Source: a virus. From it: a DNA stretch of 64,000 bases. The notes below the pieces were generated by a model. That model did not search any database. It had not been told where the DNA came from and worked only from the letters and a program-made list of their open reading frames with translations. Positions 47,460-56,956 of the stretch are shown here, piece after piece; within the stretch, counting starts at the first letter, position 1; each line of letters begins with the position of its first letter. The stretch spans positions 8,256-72,255 of the IMG/VR virus record IMGVR_UViG_3300004369_000010; one strand, written 5' to 3'. The position numbers and the translations under genes are program-made.

Positions 47460-48737
47460 ATGGATCAAATCACCTCCATCAACAACGCCATCAGCGCGCA
47501 GGCAAACCGAGTGGATGCCATCCGTCGTGCCCTACAGCCCCTGCCTGGCAAACTTCACCAACTAGATGTCAACAACATCACACGCTCTGCATTTGAAGAC
47601 AAATGCGGGAAAGCAGCGGTTGCCATCGAATCCGGAAAAGTCATCCCGGCACATCTCCTCCAGCAGACAGCCAACGTGATCGCACCCATCATTGAATGGA
47701 CTGGCAAAATGAGCGAATACGGCAAAGGCGACCTCAAAGCCAACCCCGACGGGATGACAACCAGCATCCTCAGAAGCAAGCGCCTGGATAGATCGTCAGA
47801 CAACTACTACGACAACATCTTCCACGCAATCTCAACAAACCTTGCCGAAACGGGACTGTTGAGCCACGATGTCACATTCATCAACAGCGACATCATCGAC
47901 CTCCTGCTCCATGCGTCATCTTCCCTGGAGCCTGAAGCGATTCACTATGAAGACCTCATCGCACCCAGCGGGTTCTGCTACCTAGAGAAGCCGATCATTG
48001 TCGGTGACTACCATCCTGATACCGGCGAGTTCGACACTTCCATCACGTTTGGATGGCGAGCATTCGCTTGGTGTGTCACGGAAGGCGGCCTGAACTTCTA
48101 CATCTACTCCGACTGGGGTTGCTACCGATACCTGTATCTTCCCAGCACCGAGGATCACGACCCCGTGGCCCCTTCGCTTCGACTGTCCGAGGTCGCTGCT
48201 TGGCGCGATGACGACATCTTCATCTGCGACGTACAGCGATGGGACCTTGACAAGCCGTGGAGTGCTTCACGTATGACTGCTGACGAACAGCAGGAGGCTC
48301 TAATTTTTTCGGGCAGTTCCGGTGTTGTTGTGAACCCGCACGTTGAACTGTTTCGCAAGTTCTTCTTGACCATGATGCGTTTCTGTTGGCAGGAACTTCT
48401 TGTATCGGAAAGAGCAACTGTGACCCGCCAGATTCGCCGTGCCGCCGTCCGAGACCTCGGCAAGGACTTCACGATGAACGTCCTTCGTTTGCGTCGCATC
48501 AAGAAGAAGAAGTCAGGCGAAGACGACGAACCCGGTGAAGGCCATCGGCTTGACCATCGAATCGTCGTCCGAGGGCATTGGGTGAACCAGTACTACTCAA
48601 GTCGTGGACCTTGCCTTCTGGAAGACGGCACCACGAACCCTGCCTCGCATCAACGCATCTGGAAAGATCCGTACGTGAAAGGTCCGGAAGACGCACCCTT
48701 CGTCCGCAAACATAAGATCAATGCCCTTGTCCGCTAG
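47460..48737 (+). CDS. conserved phage protein of unknown function
   Basis: C-terminal HRIVVRGHWVNQYY...IWKDPYVKGPEDAP motif. Confidence 0.7.
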   Translation: MDQITSINNAISAQANRVDAIRRALQPLPGKLHQLDVNNITRSAFEDKCGKAAVAIESGKVIPAHLLQQTANVIAPIIEWTGKMSEYGKGDLKANPDGMTTSILRSKRLDRSSDNYYDNIFHAISTNLAETGLLSHDVTFINSDIIDLLLHASSSLEPEAIHYEDLIAPSGFCYLEKPIIVGDYHPDTGEFDTSITFGWRAFAWCVTEGGLNFYIYSDWGCYRYLYLPSTEDHDPVAPSLRLSEVAAWRDDDIFICDVQRWDLDKPWSASRMTADEQQEALIFSGSSGVVVNPHVELFRKFFLTMMRFCWQELLVSERATVTRQIRRAAVRDLGKDFTMNVLRLRRIKKKKSGEDDEPGEGHRLDHRIVVRGHWVNQYYSSRGPCLLEDGTTNPASHQRIWKDPYVKGPEDAPFVRKHKINALVR

Positions 48738-48795
48738 CGAACTAACTGGTCGTGCTAGGTTCCGTTCACCGCTCCACGGCGGTCCCCACCACGGC

Positions 48796-48824
48796 AAGAG
48801 CCTCCGGTTCATCCGGGGGCTTTT
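48796..48824 (+). terminator. intrinsic terminator
   Basis: AAGAGCCTCCGG-TTCAT-CCGGGGGCTTTT. Confidence 0.6.
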
Positions 48825-48836
48825 GCTTATAAGGCC

Positions 48837-49253
48837 ATGACTACTCGCATCGTTCTTCCTCCCGAAAACGCTCGATCTACTTCGCTAAGTTCAACAGACT
48901 TCTCTCGAATCGCTCGGGCCATCAAAGTCGCTCGACTTTCTCGTCTTCGTGTACGGGTTGGAGCCGTTGTCGCATCTGGCAAGCATCTGAGCGGGGCTTG
49001 TAACCGTGAACGCAACGACCCTCGATTCGGCTACCTAGATGCGTCGGTCCATGCGGAGATCGGTGCGTTGCGGCGGATGAGTTCAGCTGCTGGTGGGACG
49101 ATCTATGTGGCTCGACTTGGGAAGAATGGTCGACTGCTGTCCTCCTTTCCGTGTCCTCGTTGTGTACCAGCCCTGGTGTCCCATCGGATTCGGAGGATTG
49201 TTTGGTGGGATGGCTCTCGGTGGGTTTCCACTAAAATCTCACAAATCCAATAG
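48837..49253 (+). CDS. zinc-dependent deaminase (CDA/dCMP deaminase fold)
   Basis: VGAVV, HAEIGAL, IYVAR, PCPRC. Confidence 0.8.
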   Translation: MTTRIVLPPENARSTSLSSTDFSRIARAIKVARLSRLRVRVGAVVASGKHLSGACNRERNDPRFGYLDASVHAEIGALRRMSSAAGGTIYVARLGKNGRLLSSFPCPRCVPALVSHRIRRIVWWDGSRWVSTKISQIQ

Positions 49254-49366
49254 TGCTTTGACCTGGTGTTTTATTGTGTTAGGCGGCTACTGGCTTGCCC
49301 TTTTGTAACACAATGGTAAACTAGATACACCTCAAAAGCGGTGGGGACCGCAGCTTGGAGATACCC

Positions 49367-50023
49367 ATGTACATCAAAGGCTTATTTGCGTTCATACTTA
49401 CAGCCACCGGCATCGTCGGTGCGGGCAAAGTCGCAACCGAGGTTGTTGACACCGTCGGCCCAAAGGTATCCGTGGAATCAGTTGTTCGACGGGTTGATCC
49501 GCCCGCAGCACCGGTTCGACAGGAGCAGCCGCCCGCATCAACATCGACAACGACAACGACCACTCTCCCCGATCTGTCACATGTTGACTTCACGGGACTG
49601 CTGGCCCTAGAAGCTCAGGCTGCGTCGCTTGAGCCGCGGATCGAATACGGCAAGTGCGGCGAATGGCGGGAGTTGGCCCTCATGGTGGGTTGGCCCGTCG
49701 AAGAATGGCCGACTTTGTCCCATGTTCTGTATCGAGAAAGTCGATGCTCTGTTGGCAGCCATAATCGAACCGATCCGATGTCGGGCAGCCGTGGGCTTCT
49801 TCAGATCAACGGGTTCTGGTGTCGACCGTCCCGCTACAGTCCCGCAGGGTGGCTTCAGGAGCGGGGTATCTTGTCGAACTGCGATGACCTGTACGATCCG
49901 GTGATCAACCTCCGGGCTGGGCTTGCTATCTGGCTCTATGGCGAGGACAAGCACGGGTGCGGTTGGCGTGGCCCGTGGGCGACACCCTGCGACAAGTACA
50001 CAAAGATTCAGCCACATCCCTGA
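49367..50023 (+). CDS. secreted lytic transglycosylase (SLT/lysozyme-like)
   Basis: signal/TM segment, Thr linker, RESRC, GLLQIN, LYDPVINLRAG, PW. Confidence 0.8.
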   Translation: MYIKGLFAFILTATGIVGAGKVATEVVDTVGPKVSVESVVRRVDPPAAPVRQEQPPASTSTTTTTTLPDLSHVDFTGLLALEAQAASLEPRIEYGKCGEWRELALMVGWPVEEWPTLSHVLYRESRCSVGSHNRTDPMSGSRGLLQINGFWCRPSRYSPAGWLQERGILSNCDDLYDPVINLRAGLAIWLYGEDKHGCGWRGPWATPCDKYTKIQPHP

Positions 50024-50043
50024 CGGACTGTTCCGTAGATAGC

Positions 50044-50082
50044 GAAGAACCCCACCGAAGGGGGAGTACGGTGGGGTTCTTC
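50044..50082. terminator. intrinsic terminator
   Basis: GAAGAACCCCACCG...CGGTGGGGTTCTTC. Confidence 0.65.
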
Positions 50083-50305
50083 TGTTTGTGAGGTTCAGCC
50101 GTTCGCTACAGCGTGGCTGGCTTCATCGCTCGGGAATGGCCCCTCGCTCGGCTCGCCTCACGCTCTAGTTACTCACCTCTTTTATTCGTCGACTAAACAG
50201 GTCGACGGCCTCACAAATCTTGTGAGATTTTGTTTGCTAGCCAGATGACGACGTTGGCGAACAGTAGTCCGCTGGCGGCTCCGATCAGCATAGCGAGTGT
50301 TGTGT

Positions 50306-50569
50306 TCATGGTTTCACCTCCCAAGTTCTCCATGATCGTCCCCATCGGGGGCTTGTCGTTCGCAAGTATGCCGCCCAGACCGGATGCTTTTCGTACAGCA
50401 TCTCGGGCAGGATGACATGAACCCACTTATCAAGTGTTCTGACGAAGCGGCACGGTGAACCGAACCAGAATCGACTGGTCGGCTTGCTCTGTCCCACGGT
50501 GAATGCCTGGACGAATGCCCAGTCAATGTCCCACGGGTCAATGCCTATGGTGTCAGCCAATTTCCTCAC
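50306..50569 (-). CDS. hypothetical protein
   Basis: leaderless GTG 7 nt after TTGACA-N17-TACTAT (50577-50605). Confidence 0.5.
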   Translation of the reverse strand: MRKLADTIGIDPWDIDWAFVQAFTVGQSKPTSRFWFGSPCRFVRTLDKWVHVILPEMLYEKHPVWAAYLRTTSPRWGRSWRTWEVKP

Positions 50570-50640
50570 GACTAAGATAGTACCCAGGTGTGATCGTAAT
50601 GTCAACTTTCTAAATGTGACATTTTTCACCGCCTACCGTG

Positions 50641-50670
50641 TTGACATTGCTGTTCGGCTATGCCTACAAT
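50641..50670 (+). promoter_or_regulatory. sigmaA-type promoter, leaderless, divergent from the 50605 promoter
   Basis: TTGACA-N18-TACAAT-N6-ATG. Confidence 0.75.
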
Positions 50671-50676
50671 GTAGAC

Positions 50677-50850
50677 ATGACAACGGAACATTGGACAGAC
50701 ACACTCAACTACGATGACAAAGTCAGGGTCACCTGCTACCAGTGCTACCAGGACTACACGGTCACCGTCAGCCAGTACGAAGACAACTACCGCAAGTACG
50801 GCAACCGGTTCTACTGCTCCAGCACTTGTATCATGGGCGACTTCTACTAA
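50677..50850 (+). CDS. small zinc-finger protein
   Basis: CYQC...FYCSSTC. Confidence 0.6.
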   Translation: MTTEHWTDTLNYDDKVRVTCYQCYQDYTVTVSQYEDNYRKYGNRFYCSSTCIMGDFY

Positions 50851-50871
50851 CCAGGGGGCAACCCCTGGTTA
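50848..50871. terminator. hairpin overlapping the stop codons of two convergent genes
   Basis: TAACCAGGGG-GCAA-CCCCTGGTTA. Confidence 0.65.
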
Positions 50872-52812
50872 CAGTCGATCCATAAACAAATCAAACACAT
50901 CCTGACCCGACCCATCGGTCGGCATCTCACCCTCAATAGCGGCCGTGACAACACCACGCTTTCTCTCAATGATGTTGTAAATCTGTTCGTCAATAGTCTC
51001 GGCACACAACAAGTAAGTCGCCGTCACCGAACCCTTCTGACCCAACCGATGACACCGTGAATAAGTCTGATCGACATCGGACGGGGTCCACGGAAGCTCC
51101 ACGAACAACACATCCTCAGCAGCCGTCAAAGTATGCCCAGTCTTCGCCGCTTGGATTGACAAAACCATCGCAGGCGCATCTTCGACCGGTTCATTCTGGA
51201 AACGGGACTTCTGAGCCTCCACATCCGACACATCCATGCCACCTTGGATCTTCAGATTTCCGTACTTTGATGCGAGATCATCGACGATCTCTCGGTGATG
51301 AGCGGCGATAACAACCTTCTTCCCCGCCTCCAAATGCGACTCAACCCACTCGGTGACCGCAGGCATCTTTGCCCTGGCAGCCAACTTGCGAAGAACACCG
51401 ATGCGAACAAGGTGCTCATTCCTTTCCGCCCGCATCTTTGCCCGAACAGCAGCAGACTTCGGTGACTCGCCCAGTTCGATGGCGATCTCCGCGGCTCGTT
51501 CCGCCAAATACTTCACGATGTCGTCTTCAGCCTTCCGGTACTCCTTCATCCCCGCAGAAGTCCCGTCAACAATCACTTTGGCGTGTCGAACGGGCGGCAG
51601 TTCCTCCAAAACTTGCTCCTTTGTTCGACGGATGTAGCAGTTGCCGCGGAGTCGATCATTGAGTTCGTCTAGATTTGAGTGGCCGCTGATGTTCCATTGA
51701 CCGAATCGATCCCTGAACGCTGCGCAATACCGTCGATAAAACCCCCATTTTCCTCCAAATTCACCCAATTTGCCCAAAATGTCCAGCTGCGGTGCGTACT
51801 CAGCTGGTCGATTCGTTACCGGTGTACCGGTGAGACAGAGAACAATGCTCTCCTTGGCTGCTGAGCGAGACATCTTGATGGCTGCTTTGGTTCGCTGCGC
51901 ATCGGGGCTTTTACAGTAGTGGGACTCGTCGAAGATGTACGACCTGAAGCCGCGGAGCTGGTTCTCCCATGCTTTGATGTTTGAGTAGCCGACAACAAGG
52001 ACATCAAAGCCTCCCTCTGGGAAGTCCTTTCGGTTCTTCACGGTGGCAACTTTGCGGTGCGGCAACCACTTTTCGTACTCTTTCGCCCAGTTCAGCACCA
52101 AAGTTGGGGGGCAAACCACTACGGCAGGGTACGGATCAGCATTTTCACCAAATTTGTCTAAATTCGACTTGACAAATTCCAGCGTCGCAATAGCCTGCAG
52201 CGTCTTCCCCAAACCCATGTCATCGGCAATGAAGCATCGACGAGCAGCTGAAGCGTACTGAACGCCCGCTTTCTGGTAGCCGAGCAGCGGGACTCCCGAG
52301 ACTTCGATGTCCGGTGCGTCGGTTTTGCGGCTGGATTCGACAAGAGCAGCTGTTTTTTGTTGGTTTTCCTTGACAAGCTGACGTGTTTCTGCTGCTATGG
52401 GCAGCCCGAATTGATCCGCCCAGTTGACAGCTTCGCCCAAACTGGAGATCGGCGCGACCCAAGCCATCGACTTTTTGTCCCAAGTGACCGCCGGTATCGA
52501 CTTCACGGCCCGAACCATCACCGGATCCCAGCTGAACTCCAGTTGGATGGTAGCCCCGCCCGGTTTGATGGTTAGTCCTTTGCGTTCTTCGGGGATGTCG
52601 AACTCAATGCGGGCTATCTCTGGCTGGATCCACCAATTCAGCTGGAGTGCGAGTTGCTGCGCCGCTTTACATTGTTTGAAGGGGATACGCCAGACTTTGG
52701 CCGATGGATCCCACTTTGCTCCCCGTATCTCTTTGATAGCGGTCACGGTGTCTTTGTCGTAGTCGAAGGTAGCGACGAGTGTGTCGTCGCCGAGTAGTAG
52801 TTGTCCGTTCAT
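50869..52812 (-). CDS. SNF2-family helicase with two HARP-like domains (SMARCAL1-like)
   Basis: ADDMGLGKT, DESH, LTGTP, IRRTK, QTYSRCHRLGQ; two N-terminal F.YD..V..K.I....WD...W..P repeats. Confidence 0.9.
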   Translation of the reverse strand: MNGQLLLGDDTLVATFDYDKDTVTAIKEIRGAKWDPSAKVWRIPFKQCKAAQQLALQLNWWIQPEIARIEFDIPEERKGLTIKPGGATIQLEFSWDPVMVRAVKSIPAVTWDKKSMAWVAPISSLGEAVNWADQFGLPIAAETRQLVKENQQKTAALVESSRKTDAPDIEVSGVPLLGYQKAGVQYASAARRCFIADDMGLGKTLQAIATLEFVKSNLDKFGENADPYPAVVVCPPTLVLNWAKEYEKWLPHRKVATVKNRKDFPEGGFDVLVVGYSNIKAWENQLRGFRSYIFDESHYCKSPDAQRTKAAIKMSRSAAKESIVLCLTGTPVTNRPAEYAPQLDILGKLGEFGGKWGFYRRYCAAFRDRFGQWNISGHSNLDELNDRLRGNCYIRRTKEQVLEELPPVRHAKVIVDGTSAGMKEYRKAEDDIVKYLAERAAEIAIELGESPKSAAVRAKMRAERNEHLVRIGVLRKLAARAKMPAVTEWVESHLEAGKKVVIAAHHREIVDDLASKYGNLKIQGGMDVSDVEAQKSRFQNEPVEDAPAMVLSIQAAKTGHTLTAAEDVLFVELPWTPSDVDQTYSRCHRLGQKGSVTATYLLCAETIDEQIYNIIERKRGVVTAAIEGEMPTDGSGQDVFDLFMDRL

Positions 52813-52860
52813 GCCGGTCAGTCTACCCCGAAAAAAAATCTCAAAAATCTCCCCCGGTGA

Positions 52861-52903
52861 GTTGACATGGCTAGTTTTATGCGATACCTTTATGTATGTC
52901 AAC
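52861..52903 (+). promoter_or_regulatory. promoter bracketed by GTTGACAT-N27-ATGTCAAC inverted repeat
   Basis: TTGACA-N17-TACCTT. Confidence 0.7.
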
Positions 52904-52938
52904 GGGAACGAGAGTTCCCCCGTCAATAGGGAGGTTCA

Positions 52939-53238
52939 ATGTCAAAGACAAAGAACAAGTCCGAAGCGTGGGTATGCGTGGACTGCTACTTCGCTCACCA
53001 CTACGGCGTGGATAGTGTGGAGAACCCGGATCCCCGGTGGAATTCCGCAGCATTCACCGAGTCAATGACTAAGGGTGAATACACCGACTGGTCATGCCCG
53101 GATCACAACTACACCGAGTCTTGGTGCTACGAGTGCGATAGCGATGACGATGGAACGACAACGTTCTCTAAGTCGTCTTGCGATACTTGCCACTCCATCA
53201 TCGCCGGTAGTCGTCACCGGCTTTGCTACTGGAACTAA
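52939..53238 (+). CDS. Cys-rich hypothetical protein
   Basis: GGAGG RBS; CVDC, CYEC, FSKSSCDTC. Confidence 0.65.
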   Translation: MSKTKNKSEAWVCVDCYFAHHYGVDSVENPDPRWNSAAFTESMTKGEYTDWSCPDHNYTESWCYECDSDDDGTTTFSKSSCDTCHSIIAGSRHRLCYWN

Positions 53239-53301
53239 TCAGTTACGGGGGGTTACCTACGGGTGACCCCCCGTGCTACACCCCTACACTAAGGTCGAAC
53301 T

Positions 53302-53523
53302 ATGACAACTAAATCAGTAAAGAACTCACCTACATTCTTATCAACCGGTGAACAAGTCAACGCTCCGAAGGCTACCGCTATCACTTACCGTGACCGTGGA
53401 GTTCGCACACTTGACGACATCACACTCAACCGGGCAAGGTTCGTCGCCCACTTCATCAACGACAACTGTCAATGCCGTGACTGCTCCCGTCGACGAGAAC
53501 TACTGACCGACTTACTACTGTAA
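53302..53523 (+). CDS. hypothetical protein
   Basis: 73 aa; CQCRDC. Confidence 0.5.
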   Translation: MTTKSVKNSPTFLSTGEQVNAPKATAITYRDRGVRTLDDITLNRARFVAHFINDNCQCRDCSRRRELLTDLLL

Positions 53524-53533
53524 ACTCCACGGA

Positions 53534-53827
53534 ATGGCCCGAGTATCGCCGTTCCGACTACTACTACCCCGAAGAACGAGTCGTGCTACGCAAGTGGCAC
53601 GACTCTCTCTTTGTAACGACTGCCCCCACTACGCCCCAACAAGTCAACGTTGCGGAGTGTGCGGGTGCTTTATGAAACTCAAAGTGTCGATCCCCGAAGC
53701 CGAGTGTCCTATTGGCAAGTGGGGGGAAGCCGAGTCGCTCAGAACAACTGGCCGTTTTCGTATTGCGGCACTCTTCGACTCTCAAAGCAAATCCGATGAG
53801 CGTACTGACGGAGATCAACGGGACTGA
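53534..53827 (+). CDS. Cys-rich small protein (DUF6171-like)
   Basis: RLSLCNDCPHY....RCGVCGCFMKLKV.....ECPIGKW. Confidence 0.6.
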   Translation: MARVSPFRLLLPRRTSRATQVARLSLCNDCPHYAPTSQRCGVCGCFMKLKVSIPEAECPIGKWGEAESLRTTGRFRIAALFDSQSKSDERTDGDQRD

Positions 53828-53942
53828 TGATCCGGGCGGGCCGCCCGTTCTTGCCGTTTTCGGCCCAGCAGCTGATTTTTCGAACTACTCCAGCTGAGTC
53901 GATTCGAAGCTGCTCGCCGCAGATCTCACATTTTGCGTACAC
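53739..53942 (-). CDS. small zinc-binding protein
   Basis: CEICG...HRIC; overlaps the tail of the convergent gene. Confidence 0.45.
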   Translation of the reverse strand: MYAKCEICGEQLRIDSAGVVRKISCWAENGKNGRPARIISPVDLRQYAHRICFESRRVPQYENGQLF

Positions 53943-54203
53943 ATCGACAGGGTATCAGGAGTCCCGTGTGAAGTTGCCGCTACTTCTCACGGTGGTGGAA
54001 GACAAAGCTGCTGCCGACATTTTTGTGGTGTGCGGGGTTTTTGACGGGTTGTCGTTGTGTTGTCGACGAGCTGGTGCTGCGGGTTGTCGATGAGCTCGTT
54101 CTTTTCTTCGGGTTGCGGGGGTAGTGCCGAGAGTGAGGGGTTCGGGAATAGCAAAACCCCCTCCGCTGGGGAGGGGGTCGTCGCTAGGGGGTGGGGGAGG
54201 TGA

Positions 54204-54506
54204 TTAGGGGAGGTCAACCCCGACGATGATCGCGTAGTAGGTGGCGATTAGTCGGCGGTCGGCGGTGTGGCTGTCCTCGCCCATCAGCATTTTGAGGGCG
54301 TGTCGAATAAAGCGGTAGGGGGGAACCGGCAGGTCTCGCCCTCTCGCTCTGAATTCGTCCATCTGGGCGAGGATGTTAGTGGCAAGGTCGGCAGCCAGGT
54401 CTAGGCACTCCTGGGCGGTGGCCTCGCTGGTGCTTTCGGCGTGTCGCTTTTCGGCCTCCGCTAGTTTTGCGAATACCGGCGGTTCGCCGTTTACTTTGAT
54501 TTCCAT
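54204..54506 (-). CDS. hypothetical protein
   Basis: AAGGAGG RBS; promoter TTGACA-N17-TACACT at 54545-54573. Confidence 0.65.
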   Translation of the reverse strand: MEIKVNGEPPVFAKLAEAEKRHAESTSEATAQECLDLAADLATNILAQMDEFRARGRDLPVPPYRFIRHALKMLMGEDSHTADRRLIATYYAIIVGVDLP

Positions 54507-54652
54507 AGGAACCTCCTTAGGTTCGATTAGTAGGTACAAGGGAGAGTGTAACCCCTCCCCCGTACCGTGTCAACTTTTTCGGTTAGATTTTTCTGATTTC
54601 TTTGTGGCGATCATCCCGGACATAGGAACGATCACCCCCACGACCGACGAGG

Positions 54653-55012
54653 TCATCCGTACCGTCTCATGGATGCCTGGTATGCCTCTTCGCCCACCTG
54701 ATCGCAATAGATGCCGAAGTTCCGGTATTCGTTCACGATGCGGCCCTTATTGTCGCCCTTCGTGATGATCCGGTTCTGGCTCACAATGTAGGTGTCATCC
54801 CAATTTAGGACGATGTCGACACACCGACCGGTTCCGCACGGCAGGCGCAACCCGACGGTCTCGTCGTTCTCGTCGTAGATGGCGAACGCTTGCCCGCCCG
54901 AAATGGCATAGATGGTCATCTTGCCGATTTGCTGCGCGATGACATTCGGATCACACGGGCGACCCTCTGCCTTCTCGCTCATCAATTTGATCTTGCTAAT
55001 ACTTGCGGTCAT
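54653..55012 (-). CDS. hypothetical protein
   Basis: GAAAGG RBS; IAQQIG...ISGG...DDTYIV...IYCDQVGE. Confidence 0.65.
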   Translation of the reverse strand: MTASISKIKLMSEKAEGRPCDPNVIAQQIGKMTIYAISGGQAFAIYDENDETVGLRLPCGTGRCVDIVLNWDDTYIVSQNRIITKGDNKGRIVNEYRNFGIYCDQVGEEAYQASMRRYG

Positions 55013-55028
55013 CGTTTCCCTTTCGTTC

Positions 55029-55070
55029 GATGTGTACGAGGTGTGTATGGATGTGTACGAGGTGTGTATG
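55029..55070. repeat. perfect 21-bp tandem duplication
   Basis: GATGTGTACGAGGTGTGTATG x2. Confidence 0.9.
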
Positions 55071-55161
55071 GGGGAGCCGTCCGGTTTCCCTTGCCCGGCT
55101 CCCCCCGCCATAATGGCGGCGGTGTTTCCATAACCTCCTCCTTCCTTCCTAACTACTAGAG

Positions 55162-55190
55162 ATCGTACTGACTAAATTTATCCATGTCAA
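55162..55190 (-). promoter_or_regulatory. sigmaA-type promoter
   Basis: TTGACA-N17-TACGAT. Confidence 0.7.
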
Positions 55191-55404
55191 CCTCAAAGGT
55201 GGATTTTTTCAGAAATCTTTTTTTTTAGATTTATTCGATCACAGGTTGCTTTTGCTACACCTATCGGTTAGAGTCATCCATACCTACTACAGAAAAGGAG
55301 AAAGCAATGACCGCCACCTGCCAAGAATGCGGCCAGACATTTGATCTTCTGAACGAAGAAGAGGCCAACGAATTCCATTACGGTCACGACTGCGAGGAGG
55401 AGCA

Positions 55405-55623
55405 ATGACCACTAACTACCGACACCTCGTCAATACGGGGTACATCGACAGGGCCGATGCCGTAGCGATGATGTACCCCGAACGGGCCAAAGCACTACAT
55501 CCCATCCCCTACCCGTGGGAGGACTGGTGTCAGGCCACCGACAAAGAGGCCGACACCGACTGCCGCCTCGTTACCGGCAAAGGGCAGCACTACTGCTACC
55601 CCTGCTGGCTAAAGAACGTCTAG
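55405..55623 (+). CDS. hypothetical protein
   Basis: GGAGGAG RBS. Confidence 0.55.
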   Translation: MTTNYRHLVNTGYIDRADAVAMMYPERAKALHPIPYPWEDWCQATDKEADTDCRLVTGKGQHYCYPCWLKNV

Positions 55624-55670
55624 CCAACAGCTAGCAAAGCGTTCCTTGCCTGTCCCCCACTAGCAAGGAC

Positions 55671-55712
55671 AAGGAAGAACCCGTCGACCGAAAGGTTGGC
55701 GGGTTCTTCCTT
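55671..55712. terminator. intrinsic terminator
   Basis: AAGGAAGAACCCGTCGACC-GAAA-GGTTGGCGGGTTCTTCCTT. Confidence 0.7.
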
Positions 55713-56004
55713 TACCCCCATCGACCGGGAAAATCGCTAGTAAGGCAAAGTGAAACAAAATAGGGGTAAGGCACAGTTGGAAGCCCCGCCCGATCCCAGC
55801 TGCGAACCAACGCCGGGGCTTGCGACACGGGCCGAGGAGCGGCGACGGGAGGATCGGGGCTTGCGAGACGACCGCTACTTGCGACGGTGGCGGAAGAGCT
55901 CGTGCCGCTTGGGTCGACACGCGAAGAAGACCCACCCCGTCATCGTTCCCCTCGGTAGGGACGACAGGGCAGGTCTTCTTCGCTGCTATTTCTAGCAGAT
56001 CAAG

Positions 56005-56481
56005 TCAGTACCAGCAAACGAGGCCGTCACACTCTGTAGCGGCCCACCTCATGTACCACTCGGCGTACACAAGGCTTTCGTAATGATCTTCGTCGGAGAC
56101 GGTCCGTCGGACTTCAGCGACAAGATCAGCGAGTCGAATACATGACTCCGGGGACTTCTCAGTTCCGTCTTCGTTGTCTCCGTAAAACGACTCGTCGTCT
56201 CCCACCGTGGAAGCGTCGGTGTATTCACGCAGTAGCGTGTTTCCGTACTTGCCGCGATACCAGCACGGACAGCCAAACATTCCGTACGCCTGTCGTCCGG
56301 GAGGATTTGCGTTCTTCCACGGACAGCCACCGGCATCCATTGTGATCTGGCAGTCGATGACGAGGTCGGGAGTGCCATCCTCGTTGTAGATGTCGTTGCC
56401 GTCGTTGTCGCGGCGACAGACCTTCACCGCCGTTCCTTTCGTGAGGCAAGGGTAGGTCTTGGGATAGTTGTCAAGTCCCAT
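56005..56481 (-). CDS. hypothetical protein
   Basis: MGLDNY start; CWYRGKY; GAAAGGA RBS. Confidence 0.7.
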   Translation of the reverse strand: MGLDNYPKTYPCLTKGTAVKVCRRDNDGNDIYNEDGTPDLVIDCQITMDAGGCPWKNANPPGRQAYGMFGCPCWYRGKYGNTLLREYTDASTVGDDESFYGDNEDGTEKSPESCIRLADLVAEVRRTVSDEDHYESLVYAEWYMRWAATECDGLVCWY

Positions 56482-56499
56482 AAGGGTTCCTTTCTTTAG

Positions 56500-56724
56500 T
56501 TAGTGCCGGTTTCGGCAGGTTTCGCAGGGTTCGGTTTGGCCATAATCCTCAAGGAATTTGATCCATTCGGTGAGGTCAGCCTTCGTCATTCGATGCCAGG
56601 TGTCGCAGGCTCCGTAGAGAACACGAGCCTTCGGGTTCGCTTCCAGTTCGGCGGTTGCCGAGTATCCAATGTGCTTGCCGCACGATACTTGTCCACCGTT
56701 GCTTGTCCAGTATGTAGTTGCCAT
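56500..56724 (-). CDS. small zinc-binding protein
   Basis: CGKH...CETC; GGAAGGGAG RBS. Confidence 0.6.
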   Translation of the reverse strand: MATTYWTSNGGQVSCGKHIGYSATAELEANPKARVLYGACDTWHRMTKADLTEWIKFLEDYGQTEPCETCRNRH

Positions 56725-56743
56725 GTCTGTAACTCCCTTCCGT

Positions 56744-56786
56744 GTTGACATGAGTTGAGTGTACCACTTTCACAGGGTATGTCAAC
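56744..56786 (-). promoter_or_regulatory. promoter bracketed by GTTGACAT-N27-ATGTCAAC inverted repeat
   Basis: TTGACA-N16-TACACT. Confidence 0.65.
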
Positions 56787-56913
56787 GCCAGATCAAAGAT
56801 TTCTCATAAATCTTTCTGACACACGAATCGACGATCAAACCCATCCCAACGAACTCGTAAAGCTCCTGGTCAGAGGCTTATTTCAGAAATTTCTAAATTT
56901 CTTTGCTTTTGAG

Positions 56914-56956
56914 GTTGACATGGGTTTGACCATCCCCTAGATTTGTCTATGTCAAC
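56914..56956 (+). promoter_or_regulatory. promoter bracketed by GTTGACAT-N27-ATGTCAAC inverted repeat
   Basis: TTGACA-N17-TAGATT. Confidence 0.7.

Noticed and set aside
50088-50161. Small multi-stem element closed by GTGAGG/CCTCAC
   Set aside because: No hammerhead or other ribozyme core recognised; too short to support by eye
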